From the sequence record PP596839.1: a stretch of DNA of 64,000 bases; one strand, written 5' to 3'. Source of the stretch: Pseudomonas phage WP1. Within the stretch, counting starts at the first letter, position 1; each line of letters starts with the position of its first letter. The position numbers and the translations under genes are program-made. Below are positions 24,828-35,422 of the stretch, one piece after another. Under the pieces are notes generated by a model. It worked only from the letters and a program-made list of their open reading frames with translations, was not told where the DNA came from and made no database searches.

Positions 24828-25397
24828 CAGGAGTGTACTGGCAATCAGCCTGCTCCTGGACCATGGGTTACTCCCCCTTCAGGTAACTGTCCAGCTCGGC
24901 GCACTGCGGAGCAGAACTGGCCGAATCCTGGGCTTTCAACTGACGGCTGGCCGCGCCACGAGCAGCTTCGACGCCTTTCGGGTCCATGTCGAGCGCCAGA
25001 ACTTCCTGGCCCTTCTCACGCTGATCGCCAGCTTCTTCACGCCGTAAACAGCGACTTCAGCCGAGTCCATAGCTCGGTGATCGAACGCACCAACCACGGA
25101 ACTAAGACGCCTGTAGAGGCGATCTTTAGCAGCAATGTCGCGATAGAGACCACGAACTGCAGCATCCTGCGCGTTCTTCTGCCATTTCAGGAAGTTCCTC
25201 GCTGTTATCCTTGCCCTCACCACCATCGTCGCTGGCGGCCTGCGCGCCGCTGAGGATGCCCTGTTCTTCCAAGCCCTCGACGACATCTGACCTCTGTAAT
25301 GCTCTTCGTCCGCCTCTTCGGCTACCGTGCCCTCCAGTCGAGCCAGAATGGCCCTGACCTGGGAGATCAGTTCGGCGACTTCGCCTTCACCGGACAT
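24828..25397 (-). CDS. Scaffolding-like acidic helical protein (frameshifted)
   Basis: MSGEGEVAELISQVRAILARLEGTVAEEADEEHY.., acidic; located before the capsid genes. Confidence 0.4.
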
Positions 25398-25399
25398 TT

Positions 25400-25770
25400 C
25401 GGATGCGGCACCTTACTGATGCTCCGGATCGACGGCGGCCACGGCCGGATCGACAACGGACGGCGCTTCTTCATGCTCTCGTCGTCTTCCTCGAGCGCCT
25501 TCCAGAGTCGGATGCTCGGTGACTATGCTCGCTGTCGGTCGGTTCGGCCGGAGCAGCTGCGCCTTCCTGGTGCTCCGGCTCCTGCGCCTCTTCGCCCAGG
25601 AACTCCTGGACAGATGCAGAGAGCTTCGGCCACAGGGCGCGCAACTCTTCGACCGCCGAATCAGCAGCCTGTCCTGCGCGCTGGACAGGAGTCTCCTGCT
25701 GGCTTTCTGAGACCCATTTCATTACCCTCATCGGATGGCCTGAAATCAAAACTGAGATGGTCAAAGCACA
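25400..25770 (-). CDS. Acidic hypothetical head-module protein
   Basis: MRVMKWVSESQQETPVQRAGQAADSAVEELRALWPKLSASVQEFLGEEAQEPEHQEG... Confidence 0.3.
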
Positions 25771-25885
25771 GACCATCCAATTACCTGGCCCCCGGCACAC
25801 GACCCTCTTTTACCAGGGCGATATGGCTGCCGCGCATCTGTCCTGGACGACTTCATAAGGCGTTCCATTCCAGATGCCGGGCTAC

Positions 25886-26258
25886 TCAGATGTAGCGGCA
25901 ACTATAGCCTAGGGACAGATCTTCCTGCCCCTTTCCACTGATCCTGCAATTGCTGCGGGAATAGATACGGATATCGCCGCGAGCCCATGGAGCTTCGTAG
26001 TAGGCGCTGGCTATGATGATGCCTTCCACACCTGTCTTCGGGAGCCACGCCGTCGTCATCGCCGTCGAATCCCGACAGCATTTCATGCTCGTCGATCAGC
26101 GGGAGATTCTTCAGAGATTCGATATACTCAGGATCACTAACAGCAGACTCCGGACGATACACGCTGACAATCCGCATCGGATCGCCCGGAAGACCGAGCT
26201 GACCGGCAGAATACTGGAAAATGCCATAAGAGCTGACTGGACAGCCCTCAATGGTCAT
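25886..26258 (-). CDS. Hypothetical protein, first gene of the late leftward operon (frame change near 26050)
   Basis: MTIEGCPVSSYGIFQYSAGQLGLPGDPMRIVSVYRPESAVSDPEYIESLKNLPLIDEHEMLSGFDGDDDG.., immediately downstream of the AT-rich region. Confidence 0.35.
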
Positions 26259-26379
26259 ATATCCATTTTCGTCAATTTTTCTTTTCGACTTCTGCCATCG
26301 TTAATTCGAAGAGTCATGGACCATGGCTGTATTATATACGCAGGACATCCAAGGGTAAATAAGCGGAACAATAATTAGA

Positions 26380-26860
26380 TGTAGCCGCGACTGTTAATTT
26401 ACACTAGAACCTGTACTGTGATCTAATTACCGGATTTCCTCAGCCGCGAAAACTGGTAACTTGGTTTCGGAAACCTGACGGGACCTGTCTAAGCCTACTG
26501 CCGCAAGACTTTCAATCTTTAAACTAATCCAAATTACCAATTTACCAATTAAAAACTGAATTTCAATACGTATAGAGCATATCGATTCACGTTATATTAT
26601 AACGTTACTTATAATGAATTCTATTAGAACGTTATTCCTAATTTCCAATGCTATTACTGCCTGCACCATGCGGCGAAGACTGGAAATTAGGAATTTCACC
26701 ATGTTAAAGCCTGCGGCAGTAGGCTTTCCAAATAACCGCTATTTCCCAGAAACGGTAACCTGCGGCTATCCGGACCCGAATTTCTGTTCAGAATCCGGAT
26801 TTTCGCGGCATCATCAACCGAAAGCAATCAGGACTGAGACGCCGATGATGGCCAGATCAA
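26380..26860. promoter_or_regulatory. AT-rich noncoding control region with repeat element copy A and an inverted repeat
   Basis: About 35% GC. Iterons CCAAATTACCAATTTACCAATT, and an inverted repeat AGCCTACTGCCGCAAG (26488) / CCTGCGGCAGTAGGCT (26709). It separates two leftward operons. Confidence 0.5.
26468..26550 (+). repeat. Direct repeat element copy A (about 75% identical to 45988-46069)
   Basis: cggaaacctgacggg...ctttcaatctttaaactaatccaaattaccaatttaccaatt aligns with cggaaacttgccggg...ctttcaaagactaaactattccaaattcccaaattcccatt. Confidence 0.7.
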
Positions 26861-28100
26861 CTGCGGCAAACTTCAGGCTGAAGAATCCGCCGTTAATACT
26901 GGACCTGATCACATCGGTCGCGAGTCGGCGCAGTCCATGTCTTTCGGTTCATTTCACGAGCCTCGACAGCGAGTCTACCAGGGCGCGAAGATCGGCGACG
27001 AGTTCAGGCGAACAATCTTTCGCCTTCTTCCCTTTCTCGCTGCGCTGGACGGAATGGGCCATGGCGACTGCCTGTTTCGGGTCTTTCCCTGCTTCAATCT
27101 CCCCGCTGATGTTTTCAGAACGGGCTTCACTGGAAGTTCCAATGGACTAACGGCATATCGCACTCCTATCGACAACTAAATGGCTGCGATTTCCTGCACC
27201 GGCAGTTAATCGCCCGACCTGGCGGTCACTGGTCGGCCTCTGGACCTTCCCAAAGTCTAGGGTCATTCAGCCTGAATCTTTTCCCGTCCTTTTCCAGATG
27301 GGCCATGGCGAGGCATCTTTCCTGCCAAAGAGTGCATCCATTCAAACTCTTCGACTCCATTACCTGCCATTCTCTCATCACTCAACGAACTGTAAAGTTT
27401 ACTGGCCTGATCTTCTGCGATGAGTTCGATTCGGTTTTCAGAAAACTTTCCGACTTCTCTAGAGTGCAACTGTTATCCCGGAAGTTCACTGTTCCTGCGG
27501 CCTGGAGAAGTCAGAGACAACATCACGGACCGTGTAAATTTTCTGATGGACTTCCTTCTGAATGCTGGTGATAAGGGCCATGGCTGTAAGTAGTCGCGGC
27601 TTCCAGGGTGTTCCTGACGCTTTCGTCCATGAAGCTCACGGGCTGATCGACACCGGCCACCGACAGGCCATGTAGAGTCGCAGCGGTCGCGGCTTCGTCG
27701 GCCCGACTGACGAACTCCGGGGCGATCTCTGCCGCGAAACCTTCAAAGATGCGATTCCACCGCTCCTGAAGGCTTCGCAGAGTCATCTTGAACAGGACGT
27801 TCACCGATTCATCTTTCGCGAAAAACCGTTCGGCCGCACTGGGCAATGGCCTTCTCTATTTCACTTCGATAATCGGCGATAATCGGCCTGGCCATATCCT
27901 TCAACTGCTTTCGATACCAGGCTTCGATTCCAGCAGAAGGAATCATGGGCCTGCCTCTTCCGACTGGAAGAGGCGCCCGGCGTTCGCGTTTCTGGAGGCT
28001 TATGAACGCCATCACCTGCCTCCAAATGGCTTCGTCATGTCGCCGACCTGCCAGCCAACGACGGAAGGCGGGCAGATCAACTTAATGGATGGAGCCGAGT
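26860..28100 (-). CDS. Minor head morphogenesis protein (Mu F / SPP1 gp7-like by position; frameshifted)
   Basis: Fragments ..[33 protein letters not shown].. and ..[82 protein letters not shown]... Confidence 0.3.
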
Positions 28101-28399
28101 CCATCCCAGCCCGGACGGAAGCAAGACAGATATCCAGACCTGGCGTCGTTAATGCTGCTGAAGCCGGCCGTGCCGCCTGCTCGTCGAACTGCCCATCTAT
28201 TCACCTGGCTGACGACGAAGACCCGTTTCGAACCAAGGTTCGGGCCGACGAAGCAATCTACCTCATCACCATCAGCCCCCTTCGTACCTTGATGAATCCA
28301 TCATGGTGCTTCACCTGTACTCGCCAGCTCCCATCCTTCCCTGACGGATGCTACCGCGCGGATTCTCAATCAGGGTGGTGATTCCATTAACCTTGATTA

Positions 28400-30303
28400 C
28401 TGGAGTTCCGAATGGTCGCGAGGGCCGACAATGCGGCTGGACGAAAACACCGAAGGTTCAATGCCCGATACGCTCGGCCTGGACGTTCGCTTCAGGCCTG
28501 GCGCATCATCATGCTCTATATCCACGCCGTTCGGAGCCTGCGCGTCGTCCAGGGCTTCGAGTTTCGACAGTAGGTCGGACAGCAAGTTCCGAAGCTCGGC
28601 CCTGGGGTCCGGCCGCGACGGCGGTACGGCGGCCTCGGCGGCCCCTTCCTCGGCCGCTTTCGCGAGGGGCTTAGTACCGCGTGGCGCGGCCGGAACTGGG
28701 TCGCCTGCGCCTTCTACGGCGCCCGCTGGGCTTCGGCTCGTTCGGCCTCGCCTTTCGCCTTCGCCGACTGCGCACCGGCCTTTTCGAGTTCGGCCAGGTT
28801 TTCCGGAGCCATGCCCGGCTCGGTTTCGGCCTGATCGTCGGTGAGTCGACTGTAGCCGGAGCGCGGATCGTCACGCAGGCGCTCGCGGACTTCATCCGGA
28901 GAGACGACGCCTGAGCTGATGTAAATTTCATCAGTAGCGGCTTTACTGTTATTAAGCTCGGCCTGTTACCTCGCTGGCCGTGGAATCCACAGGGTTCCAG
29001 ACGATTTCCAGCTGTGCATCGACTGCTTCCGATTCTTGCCAGCAGCAAATAATGACGCTCAAGCAGCGGGTCGAATCCATGCTCTGAATCGATTCCAACT
29101 CTTCATGATAAGAAATCGTTTCATGCTCACCAGTCGCGCTGAATACGCCTGGGAGAAATGCCGAGTAGCTTCGTCGCAGGAGTCCTGGCGATGGCCGCAA
29201 CCGGCTGATTCTGGTTCATGATGACGCTGTCGAAATCGGACAGGTTCGTATCGAACTGCTGATGGTTTCATCAGTACCAATAACTTTCACGCCAATGGCT
29301 GTCTCGACTGGCGATCCAGAACGCCAGCCGGGCGCTGAAGGCATCCTCATTCGCGATGGCCTTTTCCACGTCAACATAAATGGTCCTGGTTCGCTTCGAC
29401 ATCGCCAGCAACGGCGCTTCGTTCGCAGTTCGCTCGGCAGCATACACGCGCTCGTAAATGCGCTGGGTGAGCGGGATGCCTCCGAAATCCATGTCGGCTT
29501 CAAGATACCTGGAGGCTGCGGCCCACGAACGACCACCGGATGGCTGCGATGATACTTCTTCCCGCTGATGATCCAAAAATCGGGCTCATCAAGAATGTTC
29601 GGCAGACGGGCCTGCCCTGGACCCTGCAGTGCAGCTGAGGCACTGCCCGACATCGATCGACCTGGGAAATTCCACTGTACGAGCCGGGAGCTATTCCGCC
29701 TGGGCTGAATGGCTTCTCATAGTAGTCCGGATCGTCAGACTCAACGACGAACAGAGCGATTCGAACGCCGAAGACGTTTCTGAATCGGTTCAATTCGACA
29801 AGGCTGTACCTGACGCGAAACTCCATGTCGCGCCGAGCGATTAGCGCGCCTGCTCATCAGACAGCTTCCGGCCATCCGACTGAGTTCCCATCCGTTCCGC
29901 GCTGCGTCTTCGCCTGACCATGGAGCAAGCCTGTCGACCAACCAAGTGCTGAGAAATGATGGCGCAAGCTGGTATCCGATGAATCCTGGGAGTTATACCA
30001 GTCCTCCGCCATGGTCGGTACTACATAGGGATCCTGGCCGCCAGCGGCAGCTTTCGCGGCTGGGGTGGGTCCGTCACCATACGCACTGTCCACTGCGACG
30101 GATAGGCCCGGCTCCAGAAAATCCTTCACGCTACGGATGACCGGGGCTTTCTCCGGCTCGACATTCCAGCCGCGAATCTTCCCCAGCTTAATCATAGGGT
30201 CGAGCGGATCATGCTGAGGGATTGATGCGACTTTCTCCGGCGCCGATTCAGAACAGGCAGCATTATCCTTTCTGCGCCCGAATATCCAGGAAAGTTTAAA
30301 CAT
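28400..30303 (-). CDS. Portal-like protein (frameshifted, about 630 aa)
   Basis: Size and position fit a portal. A C-terminal-like motif ..[32 protein letters not shown].. is followed by an acidic tail. N-terminus [14 protein letters not shown]... Identity is uncertain. Confidence 0.35.
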
Positions 30304-30480
30304 TTTAATTCCAATGCGGCTACTGGCCTGTGCACTTATTATAGGGGAAACATCAAACGTTCAAAAGAGATTCAAACAGATACATCACATTAACAGTCGC
30401 AACTAATCAGTCCATGAGAAAATAATTCTTTACGGGAACTTTTCGGCAGATTAGACTCTAATTATCAACCAATGGAGATT
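30304..30480. promoter_or_regulatory. AT-rich divergent promoter region
   Basis: About 33% GC. TTTACG-17nt-TAGACT on the plus strand before the ATG at 30486. On the opposite strand the gene MFKLSW starts at 30303. Confidence 0.4.
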
Positions 30481-30485
30481 AACAA

Positions 30486-30623
30486 TGAATCCTCTTCTTC
30501 CTATCGTACATATCATGCTGAAGGACGGCGAAGTTCCTGGGCCATATTCGACTGCAACAAACCTGCGAAATGGTACAGCGAATCTGAAAGACGCAGCTAT
30601 GGGTTCCTGGGTGATGGAATAGC
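30486..30623 (+). CDS. Small hypothetical protein (45 aa)
   Basis: RBS ggag 9 nt upstream of the ATG; the surrounding region is otherwise unresolved. Confidence 0.2.
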
Positions 30624-30861
30624 CGAACAGCTCGCGCTCGCGCCTGTCAGAAAAGGGTGCCATGAAGTCGGAGATCACGTAATGTATCGCGATGAGCACG
30701 GCGAAGGGCACGGCCGCATACTGGCTGTCGAACCTCGCGGTGAATCGGCGCATGACGAAGAAGGGCTACCACCTGTATCAGATCAATAGCGACGATCCGT
30801 CCAATGAACATCTGGATGCTCGACGCAGACATCATCGGCATTTATCCCGACGAAAAGCGCT

Positions 30862-30897
30862 TTACTTCCTGAAGAGCAGGAATGGAATAAAACCTGC
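30862..30897 (+). promoter_or_regulatory. Early promoter family copy (TTTACT...GGAATAA)
   Basis: gcgcTTTACTtcctgaagagcaggaatGGAATAAaacc resembles the 34569 copy (TTTACT...AGAATAG). Confidence 0.35.
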
Positions 30898-30921
30898 TCA
30901 TCTACCAAAGAGGGTGACGAA

Positions 30922-31462
30922 ATGGCAAGCATCACGGCATGGATCGCCACTGCTTTACCTGTACCTGGCAATGGCCATGTCCAGATGCCGGATCATACCA
31001 GCAGACGGTTCGACAGCAAAGCTAGATGCGAAGACATAATGCTAAGAGCAACTGATAAGACTGTGGGAGCGACATCGACTGGCTGTTCGGGCCGCCTGCA
31101 CGCCTTATTTCCTCAGCAGTACAGAAGTTCCCGGCTTTTACAGTCCGCCGCCCCAGCCGCCCACTGGCCTAGAACCGCCAGCCTCGGAACAGCTGGATTC
31201 GCGGCGGCAGCATCCCGTCGCCATGAGCCGGGAAAGGGCTGGAGCGAATGAAGCCGCGCCGACCGGAAGTGCGGGTCGGCCTGGAAACTGCCGCCCTGGA
31301 TGTCGACATCCGCTGCGCTGCTCGCGGCGATAATCTCTAGCGCGGTTTTCCCGCCCTCGACGATTCAATGTCCGGAAGAAAACCGCCTGCGGCCGAGCGT
31401 TTCCACCATCCGGAAAACAGCAAATTCTTTCCTCACACACAAAAAGGATAATGAGCCATGAA
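30922..31462 (+). CDS. Hypothetical protein with an in-frame TGA at 31249-31251
   Basis: The same frame continues after the stop through to a TGA that overlaps the ATG of the next gene (ccATGA at 31459), which suggests coupling. Confidence 0.3.
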
Positions 31463-31755
31463 AGATGTAGTGATGAAGATGACGGTCCGGGGAATGTCTA
31501 ATGAAGTTCCCGTAATCTTCCCCGACTTAATCAGTCACGTCGACCATGGCCGCGAGTGCGCTGGTGGCCCTCGACGCCGAATGCGAAGGCTTCAAGAAGG
31601 CTGGCGATAAAGCTGACATCACAGTGGTGTCGGCAGGCTTCCTGTCTTCCATGGATATTAATGGAAACTGCAACGGCCAGTCGGATTCGCTGAACGGCCT
31701 GAAGTCGAGAGAATCGATGGATGACGAACTCATTCGCCATGATCGACTACACTGA
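31459..31755 (+). CDS. Small hypothetical protein (about 95 aa, frame change near 31540)
   Basis: RBS aaaaaggataa. MKDVVMKMTVRGMSNEVPVIFPDLISHV then MAASALVALDAECEGFKKAGDKADITVVSAGFLSSMDINGNCNGQSDSL.. Confidence 0.35.
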
Positions 31756-31870
31756 TGGTTACGTCGGTTAAGGCTCGCTGCCTTTCCTGCGACAGACGAG
31801 CCGTCCTGGACGAACGAAAACTGAAGTCGAAGCGCCCACCGGCCATAGTAGATGATTATGGAGGATCGAC

Positions 31871-32099
31871 CATGGCGAATCGTCAAAGAAGTTACCTGTT
31901 ACGGTTCATGCAGGCATTATCCCCATAGGGCAGGATCGGTCGGATGCATACTCGACCGCTCAGGCTCAACAACAATCGTCGAGCTTCATGGAGCCTCAGA
32001 CGATTTCCCTTCCTGAGGTGAACATGGCTACTAAGGCCGAACCTGGAACTGGAAGTTCAGCAGCTTCGACGAGTAGTCAAGTCTCGCGAATTCGAAACT
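31871..32099 (+). CDS. Small hypothetical protein (frameshifted)
   Basis: RBS tatggagga before ATG 31871 (MANRQRSYLLRFMQA..), then ..IIPIGQDRSDAYSTAQAQQQSSSFMEPQTISLPEVNMATKAEPGTGSS.. Confidence 0.25.
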
Positions 32100-32405
32100 G
32101 AAAGAGCTGCAGAGCCGACTGAGGCGCCATGATGAATGATTCGCCGGGTCCGACTCTATCTTGGAGCCGACCTGCTGATCCATCGCCGGACCGCCGAAAC
32201 CCTGGAAGTCGGCGACAGCACTGCCAAGACCATCGCGACGAAGCGTCACAGAGTCGCTAACGACGTTCTGGAATCATCCAGCATCTTAATGACTACTGCG
32301 ACAGCCATGCTGAGTACGACTACAACGACGGCGCTGGCATGGATTCAAGATCAGCAGCGACATTTACTGATCGTCAGCAACCCGACGAACGGTAATGCGA
32401 AAGTG

Positions 32406-32451
32406 CTACCGCGTTTCCATTCATGGAGTATAGTCAACCCATCGAAACGAA
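32406..32451 (+). promoter_or_regulatory. Early promoter/leader family copy (variant: -10 TATAGT, leader CATCGAAACGAAC)
   Basis: gtgctaccgcgtttccattcatggagTATAGTcaacccATCGAAACGaactttccaaacaggagaatcgacaATG. Confidence 0.45.
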
Positions 32452-32474
32452 CTTTCCAAACAGGAGAATCGACA

Positions 32475-32804
32475 ATGAACGCAGCAGCCACCTTCAGCGG
32501 TTTCGACGACCTGGAATCCGAAACTGGATCCATCGAAATCTCGTCCGAAAAGCCCGCCACCTGGAAGATGCGTCGATCGGATGCCAAAGAGAATCCATTC
32601 AAAGCGGTCAAGATGTACCGCGAAAAAATCCATAAAAATGCGCAGGCACTGGAATATATCGCGGACCTTCCTCGCCATGGGCACCAATGCTTCGCCTGCG
32701 GCGGCGTCGGCTACAAAGAGTACAAAACCAGCCCCGAAGCACGCGCCAAGAGCCGGTCGAAGGCGGCTGAGAAGCGCCAGCAGAAACGCCATGTCGGCCT
32801 CTGA
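32475..32804 (+). CDS. Hypothetical early protein (about 109 aa)
   Basis: Conserved leader and RBS acaggaga. MNAAATFSGFDDLESETGSIEISSEKPATWKMRRSD.. Cys/His pairs ..HGHQCFACGG... Confidence 0.4.
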   Translation: MNAAATFSGFDDLESETGSIEISSEKPATWKMRRSDAKENPFKAVKMYREKIHKNAQALEYIADLPRHGHQCFACGGVGYKEYKTSPEARAKSRSKAAEKRQQKRHVGL

Positions 32805-33404
32805 GGCAAAACAAGCCAGCATCGCCAAGTTCGAGCAGGATCACCCGGACATCATCAAATGGTGGAGCGACAACAATTTCAGTTTCGCCTGCAGCCTTCG
32901 CGATTCGCTGTATCGATGGGGTCGCCTGTCCGACAACCAGATTGCCGCCGCGAAACGCGCCATCGAGGCCTGGCTAAGCACCGCGAAGAGCAAAAGGCGA
33001 AAGTCGAGGCTCTTCCGACCCTGGACACTTCCGGCATCGAAGAGGCTTTCGATAAGGCCAAAAATTCCGGCATCAAAAGCCCGAAGCTGCGCCTGGCCGG
33101 CGAAGGCGAAGACCCGTTGCCTGGTGATCAAAGAAGCTAGCGTAAACAGCCGCAACTACGGAAGCCTGTACGTCATCGGCGATGTGTCCCTGGGCAAGAT
33201 CACTGGCGGCAAGTTCATCAAAAGCCGCGACTGCACCGACACTGAGAACGAAGAGATCCTGAAGATGTTCGAAAGGCCAATGGAATCGGCAGTCGCCTAC
33301 GGTCGGAAGAGCTGGTCAATGCTCATCCTGCGGTCGCGAGCTGACCAACCACGCATCCATCGAAATGGGAATCGGCCCTACCTGCGCCGGAAAGTTCTTC
33401 GGAT
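32781..33404 (+). CDS. Hypothetical protein with a C-terminal zinc-ribbon-like motif CxxCG..LT...SIEMGIGPTC (2 or more frame changes)
   Basis: MSASEAKQASIAKFEQDHPDIIKWWSDNNFSFACSLRDSLYRWGRLSDNQIAAAKRAIEAWL.. ..VIGDVSLGKITGGKFIKSRDCTDTENEEILKMFERPMESAVAYGRKSGQCSSCGRELTNHASIEMGIGPTCAGKFFG*. Confidence 0.35.
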
Positions 33405-33507
33405 GATCCATCTTACAATCAAAGTCACGGCCTGGTTCGCCCTTCCATGGGCAACCGGCTGGCCCTCATAACACTCTGCCATCCACTCCTGCTACTGAGG
33501 ATTATCC

Positions 33508-34099
33508 ATGGATACCGTCGCTGATCCGATGAAGGACAAAATCACGCTGCACGGGCCTGGGCTTCATCCAGGTCCAGCTTCCGGCAGGCCGCCTCCAGAT
33601 CCATGGCATCCGGAGCTGCCGCGCCGGACCTGCTTCCATCACTCTTCCATCCACGATCATCGATTCGATTTCGAGTCCCTGGTCCTGGCTGGGTCCATGG
33701 AGAACATAAACTATTACGCTGACCGTTCGGCGCGCCTATGAACTGACTAATGAAGGGCCATGAGCACTCTTCGGCTCGCCAGGGCCCTGGCGGTCGCGGC
33801 TGGGAGCCTGCTGGGCCTGCCATCCCTGCGCCAGAGGCAAGAATTCATCATCGGCGCCGGACAGCAATACTCGATGTCGGCTCATGTCCCTCACAGGACG
33901 AATCCGCTCGGTGACGGTCGCGTGGCCACTCTCATTCGAAAGGGCGCCGTTCACAAATGGCCGGCCACTTCCGACTCTGACCCTGGGAGTCGATCCTGAA
34001 ACCGACTTCGACCGTTATCGATGGTCGGCTCCGACGCCCTGGGAAGTCGTCACTGATGTCCTCGGCGGCGCCGAGTTCCAAATCCCATCCATTCCTTGA
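33508..34099 (+). CDS. Hypothetical protein(s), frameshifted
   Basis: ORF fragments 33508-33741, 33760-33999 and 33884-34099; RBS gagga before 33508. Confidence 0.2.
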
Positions 34100-34115
34100 C
34101 CGAAGGAACCAAAAA

Positions 34116-34555
34116 ATGAAGAAATTCCTGCATCGACATCACCAATGGCCTGGCCGGCTTCATCACCTGGGGCGGCGCCATCGTCCTGGCGGCTTCCGTC
34201 TTAATCATCGGTCCGCTGGCCATCCTTCCTGACCGGAGCCTGGGTCGCCTGCACGGCCATAATGTTCGCGCCCTGGTTCGCCGTCGCCGGCATCCACGAA
34301 GAGTCGCAAAAGCAGACCGAATACCTGAAATCCATGGCGTCCCTCCAGGCTCGCGAGCGCGGCACCGGCTTTCACCCAGAAGACGCCGGGCCAAGCGCCA
34401 GCACTCCGGCGAATCCGGTAGAGCCAAAACTCAGCCACCCCAGCTGAAGGCCTGGCGCACAACTGGCCTCTGCAGCCGTGTTCTTCGCAGTTATCGTCGT
34501 TGTCCTGGCCGCGGGCGACTGGACCTGGAACTATTTCCAGGCTCTTCCGAAATAA
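34116..34555 (+). CDS. Small membrane protein(s) (frameshifted)
   Basis: RBS aaggaacc. Hydrophobic segments ..ITNGLAGFITWGGAIVLAASVLIIGPLAILP.. and ..AAVFFAVIVVVLAAGDWTWNYFQALPK*. Confidence 0.3.
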
Positions 34556-34568
34556 TGGAAGAAAATGC

Positions 34569-34617
34569 TTTACTTCCACCTGGATGAAGGCAGAATAGCT
34601 CCATCGAAACGCGAAAC
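34569..34617 (+). promoter_or_regulatory. Early promoter and conserved leader CATCGAAACGCGAAAC
   Basis: TTTACT-18nt-GAATAG, then catcgaaacgcgaaac at 34602-34617 and RBS aaaaggaa. Confidence 0.5.
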
Positions 34618-34639
34618 CTTCAAACAAAAGGAACCGACA

Positions 34640-35420
34640 ATGACCGACCAGAACGAATTCACTCCTGAAGCCATCGAGAAGGCGAAAGATCGCATTCGCA
34701 AGCTGACCGCAATGGCGGCCGACTCGTCCAGTCCGCACGAAGCGGCCATCGCGGCCGAGCGGGTGAAGAAGTTAAAGGACAAACATGATCTTCACGACTT
34801 CGAAGCGACCGGCGAGATTCGCGAAGAATTCGACGAGCAAACTGCTACTCGTTACTATTCCGCAATCCCGAACTGGATGAAGTTCTTCTCGGTGGCCATG
34901 GCGACGTACAATGACTGCATCATGGATTTCGTCGGCGGCATCAACAATCACCGAGCATCGGCTAAGGCGTCCAGGAGCGCTCGCGACGGCAGCACCACCA
35001 AGCGCTGGGTAATGCCGTTCGATTTAAAGGCTACAAACCTGACGTTGAGCTGGCGGTAAACATGTTCAACTCCCTGGTCAATGCAGTAGACCGGCACCTG
35101 CCGGGAATATCAGAAGGCTCAAGGTTTCGAGCGGTTCAACGTCAAGGTCGCCGCGCAATTTAAGCTCGCTGCGACCCAGGAAATCAGCTATCGCCTCCAA
35201 TCCATTACCCGGAAACGCATGGAGCTGGTTTCTTCGGCCGGAACGTACCTGGTGGTGGTTAAGGAAGCTGCGGTCCACGAACATTTCGGCGATCCGGGTT
35301 ACAAGAAGTCGAATGTTACCAAACTAATGCGCCTGGACGACAGTGACGGTCGGCGCGCCTACACTGCCGGGACCAATGCTGGTCGCGACCATGGAAATCG
35401 TTCGGTCGGTGGAGGATTAA
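34640..35420 (+). CDS. DUF2786-like protein (N-terminal helical KAKDRIRKLTAMAADSSSPHEAAIAAERVKKL motif), frameshifted near 34990
   Basis: The N-terminal pattern is typical of DUF2786. The C-terminal part ..YKPDVELAVNMFNSLVNAVDRHLPGISEGSRFERFNVKVAAQFKLAATQEISYRLQS.. lies in another frame. Confidence 0.4.
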
Positions 35421-35422
35421 CC

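Noticed and set aside
26614-27150. 178-aa plus-strand ORF starting in the AT-rich control region
   Set aside because: It begins inside the iteron / inverted-repeat noncoding region, has low-complexity composition, no RBS, and overlaps the C-terminus of the minus-strand minor head protein gene. It is likely spurious.
32136-32474. N-terminal extension of ORF 32136-32804
   Set aside because: It runs through the mapped early promoter, leader and RBS (32406-32470). The true start is ATG 32475.
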